Part shown: piece after piece, positions 38,169-47,894 of the stretch
How positions within the stretch are numbered: the first letter of the stretch is position 1
How the letters are laid out: every line of letters starts with the position of its first letter
Assembly (NCBI GenBank): GCA_041661645.1
Contig: JBAZUA010000003.1
Coordinates: 22,841-86,840 of the forward strand
Direction: 5' to 3'
Source of the DNA: Minisyncoccota bacterium
Lineage (GTDB): Bacteria; Patescibacteriota; Minisyncoccia; Phycocordibacterales; UBA6065
DNA length: 64,000 bases
The notes under the pieces: generated by a model
What the model saw: only the letters and a program-made list of their open reading frames with translations
The model's database searches: none
Told to the model about the DNA's origin: nothing
Made by a program: the position numbers and the translations under genes

Positions 38169-38240
38169 TGCCCTCGGTAGGAATCGAACCTACATCAAGA
38201 CCTTAGAAGAGTCCTGTTCTATCCATTGAACTACAAGGGC
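38169..38240 (-). tRNA. tRNA-Arg(TCT)
   Basis: gcccttg/cgagggc acceptor; anticodon loop CT-TCT-AA; T arm gtaggttcgattcctac. Confidence 0.92.
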
Positions 38241-38280
38241 ATTGATAGAGAATAGCAGGAAAGCCCTGCGTGGTGAAGCT

Positions 38281-38356
38281 TGGTGCGCCTTGAGGGACTT
38301 GAACCCCCGACCTTCTCAGTGTAAATGAGCTGCTCTACCAACTGAGCTAAAGGCGC
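38281..38356 (-). tRNA. tRNA-Val(TAC)
   Basis: gcgcctt/aaggcgc + ACCA; loop TT-TAC-AC. Confidence 0.94.
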
Positions 38357-38518
38357 TTGGTATATGTGTGTGAAGAGTTCCGCGAGGGTAACAATAGCCC
38401 ATATCCGCCCTTTTTTCAAGGAAGGGCCGTGTTTCCTGGGCCGGGGGCGGCGTTTCTTGCTAATTTGATGCCCGCATGTTAGATTGACTGCCACGTTACC
38501 AATTTAAAAATTCCCCGG

Positions 38519-38953
38519 ATGGAAAGCAAGATTATCATTTCTCCAATAGACATGGCCGCTCGAAAGAACCTCGAATTGAGGTCCGGCGACACCGTTCGCG
38601 TGTGGCAGAAGATCAAGGAAGGCGAGAAGGCCCGCCTCCAGGCATTCGAGGGCCTCATACTGGCCCGCAAGCACGGCAGCGAGGCCGGCGCGACCTTCAC
38701 GGTCCGCAAGACCATCGACGGCGTCGGCGTAGAGAGGATCTTCCCCCTCTACTCTCCCGTCATCGACGAGATCGAGATCCTCAGACGATCCAAGGTAAGG
38801 CGAGCGAAGCTCTACTTCGTCCGAACCAAGGCCGCAAAGGAAATCCGACGACAGATGCGAAACCTCCGAACCGACAAGACCGCAAACACCGATGTCGTGA
38901 AGAGCACCAAGAAGGCCGTGAAGAAGGAGGAGAAGGCAGAGGTCAAGGCATAA
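38519..38953 (+). CDS. rplS: 50S ribosomal protein L19
   Basis: GDTVRV...RLQAFEG...FTVRK...[11 protein letters not shown]...KVRRAKLYF. Confidence 0.97.
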   Translation: MESKIIISPIDMAARKNLELRSGDTVRVWQKIKEGEKARLQAFEGLILARKHGSEAGATFTVRKTIDGVGVERIFPLYSPVIDEIEILRRSKVRRAKLYFVRTKAAKEIRRQMRNLRTDKTANTDVVKSTKKAVKKEEKAEVKA

Positions 38954-39056
38954 TCTCAACACAGACGGAAAAATCCCGCAAATGCGGGATTTTTCTTTGG
39001 CCGTTCGGCGCGAGATCTTTATGAGAATTTCATGACTGATTTTGTATGATGGGCGA

Positions 39057-39749
39057 ATGGGAAAAAGAGGGCCGAGGCCGAAGGGGAAGGTGAATATAAG
39101 GTGGTCGCCCGACTTCGCCTATGCGATTGGGCTTTTGGCGACGGATGGAAGCCTGTCTAAAAACGGCAGGCACATATCCTTCGTATCAAAGGATATGGAG
39201 CAGATTTCAAATTTCATGAAGTGTCTGAATGTCGAGGTTCATATAGGAAAGACGTTTTCTGGATATGACGGTAACTCCGCGTACAGGGTTCAGTTTTCCG
39301 ACGTGTTGTTTTACCGGTTCCTGAATTCGAACGGCCTTTTAAACAATAAGTCGAAAACCATAGGGGAGATAGCAATTCCACACGAACTTTTCTTCCATTT
39401 CCTGAGAGGGTGTTTCGATGGCGACGGGACGATCTATTCTTATTGGGACAAGCGGTGGAAAAGCAGTTTCATGTTCTATGTTTCGTTTGTCACAGCGAGC
39501 CCTCTCTTTATGGAATGGCTCAGACGGGAAATGCGGGAGAGAATAGGTGTCTCTGGACACGTTAAGAGGGATAAGAGGGCATCCACCCAACAGCTCACGT
39601 ATGCGAAATCAGAGTCCAGAAAAATCCTCGCGGAAATATATAAAGATGCTGATGCGACGTCCCTCTCCCGAAAAAGGTTGAAATCCGAGCGAATCTTATG
39701 TATCATGTCCGAACGAGACAAGCTGAAAGGCGAAATCTTGACAGAGTAA
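39057..39749 (+). CDS. LAGLIDADG homing endonuclease family protein
   Basis: Two motifs: YAIGLLATDG and FLRGCFDGDG. Confidence 0.88.
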   Translation: MGKRGPRPKGKVNIRWSPDFAYAIGLLATDGSLSKNGRHISFVSKDMEQISNFMKCLNVEVHIGKTFSGYDGNSAYRVQFSDVLFYRFLNSNGLLNNKSKTIGEIAIPHELFFHFLRGCFDGDGTIYSYWDKRWKSSFMFYVSFVTASPLFMEWLRREMRERIGVSGHVKRDKRASTQQLTYAKSESRKILAEIYKDADATSLSRKRLKSERILCIMSERDKLKGEILTE

Positions 39750-39750
39750 T

Positions 39751-39831
39751 GCGCAGGTGGTGGAATGGTATACACGTACGCTTGAGGTGCGTATGCCGTA
39801 AGGCGTGGAGGTTCAAGTCCTCTCCTGCGCA
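39751..39831 (+). tRNA. tRNA-Leu(GAG)
   Basis: gcgcagg/cctgcgc acceptor; tacgc-TTGAGGT-gcgta; variable arm. Confidence 0.93.
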
Positions 39832-39879
39832 CAAGGGGGAATGGCGGCGGCTGAACTGCCGTCGCCATTTTTCCAAGAT

Positions 39880-39951
39880 GGTGCCTATAGTTTAGTGGTA
39901 AAACTCCGGTTTGTGGAACCGGTATCGAGAGTTCAATTCTCTCTAGGCACC
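39880..39951 (+). tRNA. tRNA-His(GTG)
   Basis: G-1:C73 pair, gtgccta/taggcac acceptor, ccggt-TTGTGGA-accgg. Confidence 0.94.
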
Positions 39952-40059
39952 CAAGGCCAAAAAAAGTCCCCACAGGGGACTTTTTGCGTCGGTGGTGGCA
40001 ATTTCCCTCGCTTCTGCTAGTATCCGTCCAGGACAGCAACCTCAAACGCACAAACGCAA

Positions 40060-40689
40060 ATGAACACACCGTCAGTCAGATTCGTCAGCCCGGATGATCC
40101 GATCCTCGTCACGGTCGCCAAGGAAGTCTTTCCGTCCGAGCTCGCCTCGCCGGAACTCGCCGAGGACATCGCCACGATGCTCAAGGCGGCATACGGCGAG
40201 CAGAGGGACGCCGCGAAGCCCCTCCTCGTCGGCCTCGCCGCGCCCCAGATCGGCATCTCGAGGAGGATAATCCTCGTCGACGTCGCGGCGGACGGGAAGG
40301 GGAGGGTCGGGGACCTCCGCCTCTACATCAACCCCGAAATCGTCTGGAGCTCCGAGGAGAGGGCCGAGTGGTACGAGGGCTGCTTCTCGACCAGTCGCGT
40401 CTGCGGCATCGTGTCGCGCCCCGTGAGCATCAGGGTCCGCGCCATCACCGCGAGGGGCGTCCTGCCCGTCGAGGAGGAATACTCGGGCTACACGGCCCGC
40501 ATCTTCCAGCACGAGATCGACCACCTGAATGGCAGGGAGTTCACGTCGCACATCACGAACGACGACCACCTGCACTGGGTGGAGAGGGACGAGTTCCCCG
40601 CCTACCGCAACGGCGAGGGGTGGAGAAACTGGCCCAGGAAGTGCTCCAGGGCGAGGTGGGAGGAGATCAAGGGGAAGAAGTGCTGCTAG
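40060..40689 (+). CDS. def: Peptide deformylase
   Basis: GLAAPQIG, EGCFS, QHEIDHLNG. Confidence 0.94.
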   Translation: MNTPSVRFVSPDDPILVTVAKEVFPSELASPELAEDIATMLKAAYGEQRDAAKPLLVGLAAPQIGISRRIILVDVAADGKGRVGDLRLYINPEIVWSSEERAEWYEGCFSTSRVCGIVSRPVSIRVRAITARGVLPVEEEYSGYTARIFQHEIDHLNGREFTSHITNDDHLHWVERDEFPAYRNGEGWRNWPRKCSRARWEEIKGKKCC

Positions 40690-40737
40690 TTGGCGATTTC
40701 CATATTCAAGGCGCGACCGAAAAACAGTCGCGCCTTT

Positions 40738-40781
40738 TTATTTACTAAAAACCGTTCTAACAACCTCCACCACGGCACCCA
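40738..40781. repeat. att-like repeat family A copy 1
   Basis: aaccgttctaacaacctccaccacggcaccca. Confidence 0.88.
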
Positions 40782-40813
40782 ACGAGTTGACGGATCACCG
40801 TAATTAGCCCATC

Positions 40814-41374
40814 ATGCTTTCTATGAACTTTGCAATACCTGTAAGAGATGGCCTAGAGCTTCGCTTGAGGTCAGAAACGGATGCCGAGGCTTTCTTTGGG
40901 CTCACGGACAAGAATCGTGGCTATCTTAGGCGTTGGCTTCCATGGGTTGACGCCACCGTCACAGTCGAGGACACTCGAAAATACATCCGATCGGTTATCG
41001 AAAGGTTTGAGAAACGAGAAGGCATCGACCTGGGGATCTGGTATGACGGTCAGTGGGTCGGCTCGATAGGTTTTCACTATTGGGATAAGTCCAACAGGAA
41101 AGATACCGTCGGATACTGGCTCGCCGAAGATTTTCAGGGCAAAGGCATCATTACGGATGCGGTCCGTGCTCTTGTTGCGTATGGTTTTCAGACCATGGAC
41201 CTGAATCGCATCGAGATTCTTTGCGCGGTCGAGAACGCCAGAAGCCGTGCGGTTCCAGAACGGCTCGGGTTCAAGAACGAGGGCGTGACCCGGGAGTGCG
41301 AGTGGCTTTATGACCACTTCGTAGACCCAGTTACCTACAGCCTCCTTCGAAGCGAGTGGAAACCGAACAGATAG
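40814..41374 (+). CDS. RimJ/RimL family GNAT acetyltransferase
   Basis: LRRWLPW, VGYWL..FQGKGI, N.RSRAVPERLGF.NEG. Confidence 0.92.
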   Translation: MLSMNFAIPVRDGLELRLRSETDAEAFFGLTDKNRGYLRRWLPWVDATVTVEDTRKYIRSVIERFEKREGIDLGIWYDGQWVGSIGFHYWDKSNRKDTVGYWLAEDFQGKGIITDAVRALVAYGFQTMDLNRIEILCAVENARSRAVPERLGFKNEGVTRECEWLYDHFVDPVTYSLLRSEWKPNR

Positions 41375-41412
41375 TTCAGACCTGCATAGCGAGAAATTGT
41401 TGTGCGGGCTTT

Positions 41413-41456
41413 TTATTTGCTTAAAGCGGTTCTAACAACCTCCACCACGGCACCCA
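41413..41456. repeat. att-like repeat family A copy 2
   Basis: agcggttctaacaacctccaccacggcaccca. Confidence 0.88.
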
Positions 41457-41517
41457 TTTAAGGATTTTCTTAAAAACGGCCTTATTTAGAGGGCTGTTTT
41501 TAGTTCTAACCAAGCTA

Positions 41518-41546
41518 TTGACAAATATAGATATAGGATATATAAT
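41518..41546 (+). promoter_or_regulatory. Consensus sigma70 promoter inside cassette
   Basis: TTGACA-17 nt-TATAAT. Confidence 0.7.
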
Positions 41547-41699
41547 ATAAAAAGATAGAACGTTGAATTGCTTCCATATAGTCATAGCCAAAAGGCCTTG
41601 AAATTCGAGGTTTCCTGGCTATGACTAACACTAGTCCTAGTATGTTCATCTATTAGGTGGGCATAAACATCAACTATCAGTTGTTTGGAGGACACTACA

Positions 41700-42125
41700 A
41701 TGGGCAAATATGGAAAAATTAACCTCGATAGCATCGAAGCTGTGATTAACAAGCTTGGCGGAGAAAAAGGGATTGAACTTTTTCTGACGAATAGCACTAT
41801 GGTTGTTCACCGCTCAATCCTTCGGTCGTGGAAAGATGGGCAACTCCCCGAGGAGCTCGTCAAAGTGAAGCTTGCCGACATCGGTGTTCAGTCGGAGCTG
41901 TTCACAGGTGAGGTCGCTAAACTCGCTGAAGGTTGTGGCTTGGAGCTGGCCATAAGCGAAGATCTCAATGTGTTCCAGTATCAGCCTTTCGGTGTAAAGA
42001 TGCTCGTCTACAATGGAGAAAAAAGCTACCGCTATTTCGAAAAGCACGAGCATGGCAGCAGCACGCAGAGCGCCGATCTGCTACGGTTCGGACCCGATGA
42101 CGAATTCTACTTCTTCAAGAAGTAA
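41700..42125 (+). CDS. Hypothetical protein
   Basis: GGAGG SD before ATG 41700; IEAVINKLGGEKG N-terminus. Confidence 0.7.
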   Translation: MGKYGKINLDSIEAVINKLGGEKGIELFLTNSTMVVHRSILRSWKDGQLPEELVKVKLADIGVQSELFTGEVAKLAEGCGLELAISEDLNVFQYQPFGVKMLVYNGEKSYRYFEKHEHGSSTQSADLLRFGPDDEFYFFKK

Positions 42126-42185
42126 GCCGCTCTGAGGATACAGCGTTCAACCTCAACCCCGTACCAAAAGTGCGGGGTTAAATTT

Positions 42186-42265
42186 TTACATGAACTTAGG
42201 AATATGAACGGCGTTGTCATCCAATCTCTCAAAAGTAGTTCTAACATCCTCTGCGACGGCATCCC
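42186..42265. repeat. att-like repeat family A copy 3 (long form)
   Basis: ctcaaaagtagttctaacatcctctgcgacggcatccc. Confidence 0.8.
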
Positions 42266-42339
42266 TCGATGTTATAAAAGCCTTGATTCAACTGGCTATC
42301 TAAGGCGAGAGGGAATTGAACTTGTGATATGATTTTGAC

Positions 42340-42855
42340 ATGGATAGATTACCTACAAATGAGCACGAACCAAGAATGGTCGACCTGTTCAGTCTTGAGA
42401 TGGAAGAAAAATTGAAAACCGAAGGAAAGATATATCACAGGAAAATCGAATCGATACGAGGCGCTGAGCAAGCTACGAGACCTCAGACGATAGAGACTCA
42501 TTTGCCCGATGGGACCCTTGAATCAACCGTTGATGCAAAGGAGGGAGAATGGATAATCACTGGATCTAAGGGGGAGAGGTTCGTGTTCAGTCAGAAGAAA
42601 TTTGACGGGCTCTATGACTCTGATGGAAAGGGAGGATTTGTACCCAAGGAGAGAAGGGTGTTTGCCATGGCCAACTCGTCTGGTGGGGCGGTGAGAATAT
42701 ATGCACCATGGGGCACGTCCGAAAAGCCGGCATATCAAGATGGCAGTGGAAAATGCTTCTTTGTCGCCTCGCTCGATGAAAGTGGAAACTTTACGAGTGA
42801 CAGGTATATCATTGGGGACGAAGAGTTGCTTTTGAGTAATTACGAGCCTGTTTAG
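42340..42855 (+). CDS. Hypothetical protein (PGDYG-like)
   Basis: AKEGEWIITGSKGERF...KFDGLY. Confidence 0.7.
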   Translation: MDRLPTNEHEPRMVDLFSLEMEEKLKTEGKIYHRKIESIRGAEQATRPQTIETHLPDGTLESTVDAKEGEWIITGSKGERFVFSQKKFDGLYDSDGKGGFVPKERRVFAMANSSGGAVRIYAPWGTSEKPAYQDGSGKCFFVASLDESGNFTSDRYIIGDEELLLSNYEPV

Positions 42856-43000
42856 GGGCTGAATATGAGCTCTGTTTAGTAGGAAACAGCCTTGTTTTTT
42901 AGGTGTCATATAAGAGTTGCAAATAAAGGGATCGGGTATAGTATCCAATAAAGGAAAATGAAGCACCCCGCTTCATAAACAGACAGGACCTTAAAAACAT

Positions 43001-43492
43001 ATGAAACTCATGAAGAAAGCGAACCCGAGGAGGCCTTTTTATGATGCGGTCTGGCCAGATTGGTGGCATCACCACGGGAGCAAGATACAGGTCGAGGGGC
43101 GAGACGGAAACATCCTCACCCTCTCTGGTAGCGCGGCAAGACTGAGAATCATAAAGACTCCCAATGGAGGGGGTAACAGATTCATCATCGACTACGAGAT
43201 ACAGCACAGTGCCGACGGAAAGACGGCAAGGACTGTTCCCATGACACGAAATGAGCTCATGGCGGCCTTCCGCCTATCCGATAGGACGGGAGTCTTCGGG
43301 GACGGGCTCATTGAAAGATACGGGGCGGAATCGGCCCAACAGGGAGGATATATCCGGTGGGAAAAATTTCTCAACATACCGTGCCCCGGTACTGGCCATG
43401 ATGGCGACCCGAACATATCCCTCGAAGTGGACGAGCGGATACAGAAGGCGGTCAAAGACCTTCTCAAACGCAAGACCATCAGGGGCAAATGA
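43001..43492 (+). CDS. Hypothetical protein
   Basis: 163 aa ORF followed by a terminator hairpin. Confidence 0.65.
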   Translation: MKLMKKANPRRPFYDAVWPDWWHHHGSKIQVEGRDGNILTLSGSAARLRIIKTPNGGGNRFIIDYEIQHSADGKTARTVPMTRNELMAAFRLSDRTGVFGDGLIERYGAESAQQGGYIRWEKFLNIPCPGTGHDGDPNISLEVDERIQKAVKDLLKRKTIRGK

Positions 43493-43540
43493 AAGTCGGC
43501 CTCGGACAGACAAGCCGGACATCGAAAGGTGCCGGCTTTT

Positions 43541-43600
43541 TTATTTGAGAATAATACTATTATCGAGCGTGGCTCCAACAACCTCCACGACGGCACCCCA
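43541..43600. repeat. att-like repeat family A copy 4
   Basis: ggctccaacaacctccacgacggcacccca. Confidence 0.8.
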
Positions 43601-43644
43601 AGAAAAAGAGCTTGTGACGTATCGCTACGTCACAAGCCCTGTGT

Positions 43645-44754
43645 TTACTTTCGCAACTGTTCGATCGACCGTCTCAAGTTATTCCGGGCAGTACTTTCGT
43701 ACTTGTCTCGGAATAACTCTGTCGAGTAGATCGAAGGACGATCCAGAAAGGACTGGAGGATCTTAGATCGACCTGCGCAGAAGTCAGATTGTGGAACCCA
43801 CTCGTACTCCTTACGGATTCCGACTTCATACGCATCGAACTCCTTCTCTGGTTTTCCAAGGACCATGAGGTCAATGTCTACCAGAATCTGAGCGGCATGT
43901 TCAACCGGAACAGCTGTGTGCCTGGTGGCCACGACCAAATCATTGACCTGTTCACCCAACGAATCGGGCAAACCAATCTTTTTGATAGAGTCTTTAGCCA
44001 ACTTCGCACTCTGTTCCTCGTTATCCTTTGCTTTTTGGTCGTAGACGGCATCATGGAACCAGATTGCCAATGCAATGGCCAAATCGTTTTCGCCTGCCAG
44101 TTCGAGTTCATCGAGCGCGGCAACGATGTGGGCAATGTTGTGGTAGCCTCGATGAGGTTCACTATATCGTGTCAGGAGATCTTTCAGGACCGTTTCCGAT
44201 CCTTTGGGATTTCCCAATGCCGACATGAGTGTTGCCCAGTACTTCTGGGCCTTCCCAAGAATGAATTTCTCCTTGAGCTTGGTTACAACTGCCGCAGGCA
44301 CTGAGCGAGCCACTTGGCACTCCCACTCGGGATCGATTCCGACGTGGCCCTTTACCATGCTTGAACTCACATGCATGAGGTTCGGCAGGCAAGGGACCCA
44401 GACGGTTTCGATCTGTGGGCAGATCCTACGATTTTCTTCGGCCAGCGTCTGCTCGTCCTCGAGGTCTTTGAAGTTTCGCAGACCCCGGACGATGACTTGA
44501 GCGCCGATAGATTCGGCTTGCTTCACGACGTAATGGCCGATGCACACATCAACTGAAACATTCGGAAGCTGTGCTACAGCCGCCTTCGTCATACCCACTC
44601 GCTCCTCGGGAGTGAATGCGTACGTTTTTCGGGAATCCACCGCCACGAGAACGATGAGTTCGTCGTAGAGTGGTGCCATTCGTTCGATGACATTGATGTG
44701 ACCGTTGGTGATTGGATCAAGGCTTGCTGCATATACTGCTTTTCGTGCTTTCAT
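43645..44754 (-). CDS. coaD: Pantetheine-phosphate adenylyltransferase fused to HD-superfamily domain
   Basis: SLDPITNGH, VRGLR, VSSSMVK, then YHNIAHI, WFHDAVYD, DNEEQSA, DIDL. Confidence 0.88.
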   Translation of the reverse strand: MKARKAVYAASLDPITNGHINVIERMAPLYDELIVLVAVDSRKTYAFTPEERVGMTKAAVAQLPNVSVDVCIGHYVVKQAESIGAQVIVRGLRNFKDLEDEQTLAEENRRICPQIETVWVPCLPNLMHVSSSMVKGHVGIDPEWECQVARSVPAAVVTKLKEKFILGKAQKYWATLMSALGNPKGSETVLKDLLTRYSEPHRGYHNIAHIVAALDELELAGENDLAIALAIWFHDAVYDQKAKDNEEQSAKLAKDSIKKIGLPDSLGEQVNDLVVATRHTAVPVEHAAQILVDIDLMVLGKPEKEFDAYEVGIRKEYEWVPQSDFCAGRSKILQSFLDRPSIYSTELFRDKYESTARNNLRRSIEQLRK

Positions 44755-45353
44755 GACTGAACTCCTTTCTGTTGTTTGAGGTTGTGATAGAGATCGCTCA
44801 CTCTATCTTCGAGTTGGTTCAAGCTACAGTCTGTGTGAATCACGAACTGAGCCCGCTGTTCTTTTACCGACGATGGAAGTTGCTGATCAAGTCTGGCTTG
44901 TATCTGAACATCGTCCGTATGTCGGTTGTCTCGCAGTCTTCGAAACTGTTCGTGAGGATTGCAGGTCGCCACAATGATCGCGGCAAACTTGCCTTCACTG
45001 CCTGTTTCAAAAATGATAGCTGATTCCACTACGCAGATTTTGCTATCACCGGCCGAAGCAACTCTTTCATCTACAGTTGCCCAGACCAGAGGATGGATCA
45101 GAGTCTCAAGCAGCCTTTTCTTTTCAGGTTTCTCGAAGATGATCCTTGCAATTGTCTGGAAGTCTGCCTTTTCGTCCAGGAAGACGTTTGTGCCTAAGAT
45201 CGTATTGATTTGTTGTCTGTGGTCGTTGCCCGAGATAATCTCTTTCGCAATACGATCACAGTCTAGAATCAGTACATCCGGGAACTTTCCGAGTAGGGTA
45301 GCTATAGTGCTCTTGCCGCAGCCTATATTGCCCGTAAGTCCGAATGGCTTCAT
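44751..45353 (-). CDS. coaE: Dephospho-CoA kinase
   Basis: GLTGNIGCGKST, DCDRIAK, LETLIHPLV, ESAIIFE. Confidence 0.92.
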   Translation of the reverse strand: MKPFGLTGNIGCGKSTIATLLGKFPDVLILDCDRIAKEIISGNDHRQQINTILGTNVFLDEKADFQTIARIIFEKPEKKRLLETLIHPLVWATVDERVASAGDSKICVVESAIIFETGSEGKFAAIIVATCNPHEQFRRLRDNRHTDDVQIQARLDQQLPSSVKEQRAQFVIHTDCSLNQLEDRVSDLYHNLKQQKGVQS

Positions 45354-45444
45354 AAGGTATCCTTTCTTTTCAAGGTTCTGTTCCGTGTCATCTTCGTCCT
45401 TTTGACAAATATAGTCAATGGTGTATAATAACCGTTATACAAAT

Positions 45445-46212
45445 ATGCAAGAGCCACGAAAACACCTCATGGACCTCGGTTTAAGTGATTCAGAAGTCAC
45501 TGTTTATTTGGCTATGGTCTCAGGAGCTCGCACGGCTAGAGATCTCGTTAAAGTTACTCGCCTCAAAAGGCCAACTGTTTATTATGCGCTTGGCTGTTTA
45601 GAGAAACGAGGTCTAACCAGTAAGACGGGTCTGGCGGGTGATAAAAGCTTTTCACTTGAACCGATCGAGAAGTTGTCAGTCATTGCTAAAGAGAAGGCGT
45701 TGGAATTTTCTAAACTCCAGAATCACATCGATGAGATGATTCCTGCTTTGGCGGCAACATCATCTCCGGCCAACCAAAAACCAACGGTTGCTTTCTATGA
45801 GGGAGTAGATGCAGTGAAGAATGCGGTTATGGAAATGCTTTACTGCAAAAGTAAGCGAATTAATTCTGTCGTGCCTAAAGAAAACTTTTTCTGGCAGATC
45901 GGACAAGACTTTGTCGAACTCTTTATTGAGGAAAGAGTCAAAAGAAATATTAAAACCAAGAATCTTTGGGAGGTTCCTATAAACAAAGGACTTATAAAAC
46001 AATACTATGAAGGTCTTTCACAGGTTCGAATAGTACCAGAGATCATGCATGGGAAGTTCCAGACCACTATTTTCCTCTACGACAACAAGACGCTGTATGT
46101 ATCTTCAAAAAATAACAGTTACTGCGTTCTTATAACCTCTAAGGAACATACCGATACTATGCAGGCTTGGTTTGATGGGCTTTGGAGTATTTCAAAGGCT
46201 CACGACAGGTAA
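45445..46212 (+). CDS. TrmB family transcriptional regulator
   Basis: LGLSDSEVTVY, RPTVYYAL..LEKRGL, FYEG, YDNK; divergent from coaE. Confidence 0.88.
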   Translation: MQEPRKHLMDLGLSDSEVTVYLAMVSGARTARDLVKVTRLKRPTVYYALGCLEKRGLTSKTGLAGDKSFSLEPIEKLSVIAKEKALEFSKLQNHIDEMIPALAATSSPANQKPTVAFYEGVDAVKNAVMEMLYCKSKRINSVVPKENFFWQIGQDFVELFIEERVKRNIKTKNLWEVPINKGLIKQYYEGLSQVRIVPEIMHGKFQTTIFLYDNKTLYVSSKNNSYCVLITSKEHTDTMQAWFDGLWSISKAHDR

Positions 46213-46221
46213 AAAGTTGAA

Positions 46222-46319
46222 TTACGCTGAAACTGCCACACTTTGCATGTCAGGAATGTAGATCGTCGCATCATTCCTTTTCTCAAAAATAGTTCTAACT
46301 TTCTCTACGACGGCACCCA
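46222..46319. repeat. att-like repeat family A copy 5 (long form)
   Basis: ctcaaaaatagttctaactttctctacgacggcaccca. Confidence 0.83.
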
Positions 46320-46456
46320 ACGTAATAAGGAGGTTTAGGTGGGGAGAGTGATACGCTGTTCCGAATAGCTTGACAAAAACGAATTTAGTTGCAATATGAG
46401 CATTGCAAGCTCTTTAAATCTATTTGAAAGTAGCCCTCTGTACCCCGCGGATATAG

Positions 46457-47068
46457 GTGGCTGCTTTCAAAGAATTGGTTATCCAATTCACTCTAGGCAT
46501 TCCGCCAAAAGTTCTATGGCAGCAAGGAGAAACCATGAAGAAGATAGTCAAAACTACTGTCCTCTGGAGATTCAGTCTGGCTCCAGTGGACATGCGGCAG
46601 GATAGACGGGTTTTCGTTCCATCACCTGATGGAAACCGTGCTCAGGATTTAATCCTGGGTGAGATTATTATCGAGTCCTTGTTCAAACCCCACCCGGCTG
46701 GAGGACGGTGCGTGTATGTGAGGGTCAACGGTATTCGTCCTGGCGGTAAAGAGGTATATACCGATCGATTCATTGGTGCGGGTAGAATGTCATGCGGTGT
46801 TTCGGAAAAACGCTATGTGAGCGAGGCCAGTGGCTTTTATTGGTCTTTACATCGCGGGGAGGAGTTCCTTGATGGCGCCCTGAGGATTGGTCAGTTGATA
46901 CTGGAAAAGCTTGGGGCAAAGTGCAAATCAGATTGGCTAACCCACGAGCGGGTGCTCGGCAACTTCACCATCACTCAAAGCACCTACGTTCTCATGAGTG
47001 GCCGTGTCTGGCGACCGATCGAATACTACCTATGTGTGAAAAATGGGTGGGAATGGACTGGTCCTTGA
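46457..47068 (+). CDS. Hypothetical protein (ATG at 46536 with AGGAG SD is an alternative start)
   Basis: ORF between promoter (TTGACA 46370) and terminator. Confidence 0.6.
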   Translation: MAAFKELVIQFTLGIPPKVLWQQGETMKKIVKTTVLWRFSLAPVDMRQDRRVFVPSPDGNRAQDLILGEIIIESLFKPHPAGGRCVYVRVNGIRPGGKEVYTDRFIGAGRMSCGVSEKRYVSEASGFYWSLHRGEEFLDGALRIGQLILEKLGAKCKSDWLTHERVLGNFTITQSTYVLMSGRVWRPIEYYLCVKNGWEWTGP

Positions 47069-47120
47069 ACTTCGCCGCCTCATCAATCAATCAGCCCGTC
47101 GCTTCACCGCGGCGGGCTTT

Positions 47121-47164
47121 TTATTTGCTTAAAACAGTTCTAACAACCTCCACCACGGCACCCA
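47121..47164. repeat. att-like repeat family A copy 6
   Basis: aacagttctaacaacctccaccacggcaccca. Confidence 0.88.
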
Positions 47165-47233
47165 TTTAAGAATTTTTATAAATTAAGCTTTTGTGGCTTT
47201 GTATAATTAGTTCTAACCGAGTAGAATTTATAT

Positions 47234-47893
47234 ATGATATCTACACCAAAGAGATCCGAGCAATATGACGACATTGGTAACTCCTACATCTCTGAAAAAG
47301 ATAATTTTTTCAGTCAGATTAGCGATCCTGGCAAAGAGGCCATTCTTGATTTTCTAAGGGGTCAAAAAGATAAGGAGGGGGTTGATGTTGGTTGTGGGGG
47401 CGGGCAAGACACAAAAGCATATTTAAATACAGAAATAAAAAGCATCATCGGAGTTGACCCATCTGATGTAATGGTAAAAGAGGCTCAGAGACTATTGGGG
47501 AGTGACGGGGCTTTATTGGGCAGTTGGACTGATTTGCCGTTTTCAGATGATTCAAAAGACTTTCTGATTGGCAGATTCTCTTTGCATTATGTAGAGGATG
47601 TTTCTGCTGCGTATAAAGAAGGGGCTCGTGTATTAAGGCGAAAGGGAAAACTCATCATGATTCTGCCTGATCCAAAAGCAGACCCTGTTGTAATTGAAGG
47701 GGGAAAAGAGATGGTTAAGACCCCTATCTTTGGCGGCAAGGTGATAGTTACATATCCGAGACACAGAAAAGACGAATATTTTTCAGATACATTCAATAAC
47801 TTATTCAAGCTTATCAATGAAGAAGCATACGCAAGCCCTGAACGTAATTTAGGTTTCACAGATACTCTTATCGTTATTGCTGAAAAAAGGTAG
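47234..47893 (+). CDS. Class I SAM-dependent methyltransferase
   Basis: VDVGCGGG, GVDPS..M, LPFSDDS.D, SLHY, RVLRRKG. Confidence 0.9.
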   Translation: MISTPKRSEQYDDIGNSYISEKDNFFSQISDPGKEAILDFLRGQKDKEGVDVGCGGGQDTKAYLNTEIKSIIGVDPSDVMVKEAQRLLGSDGALLGSWTDLPFSDDSKDFLIGRFSLHYVEDVSAAYKEGARVLRRKGKLIMILPDPKADPVVIEGGKEMVKTPIFGGKVIVTYPRHRKDEYFSDTFNNLFKLINEEAYASPERNLGFTDTLIVIAEKR

Positions 47894-47894
47894 A

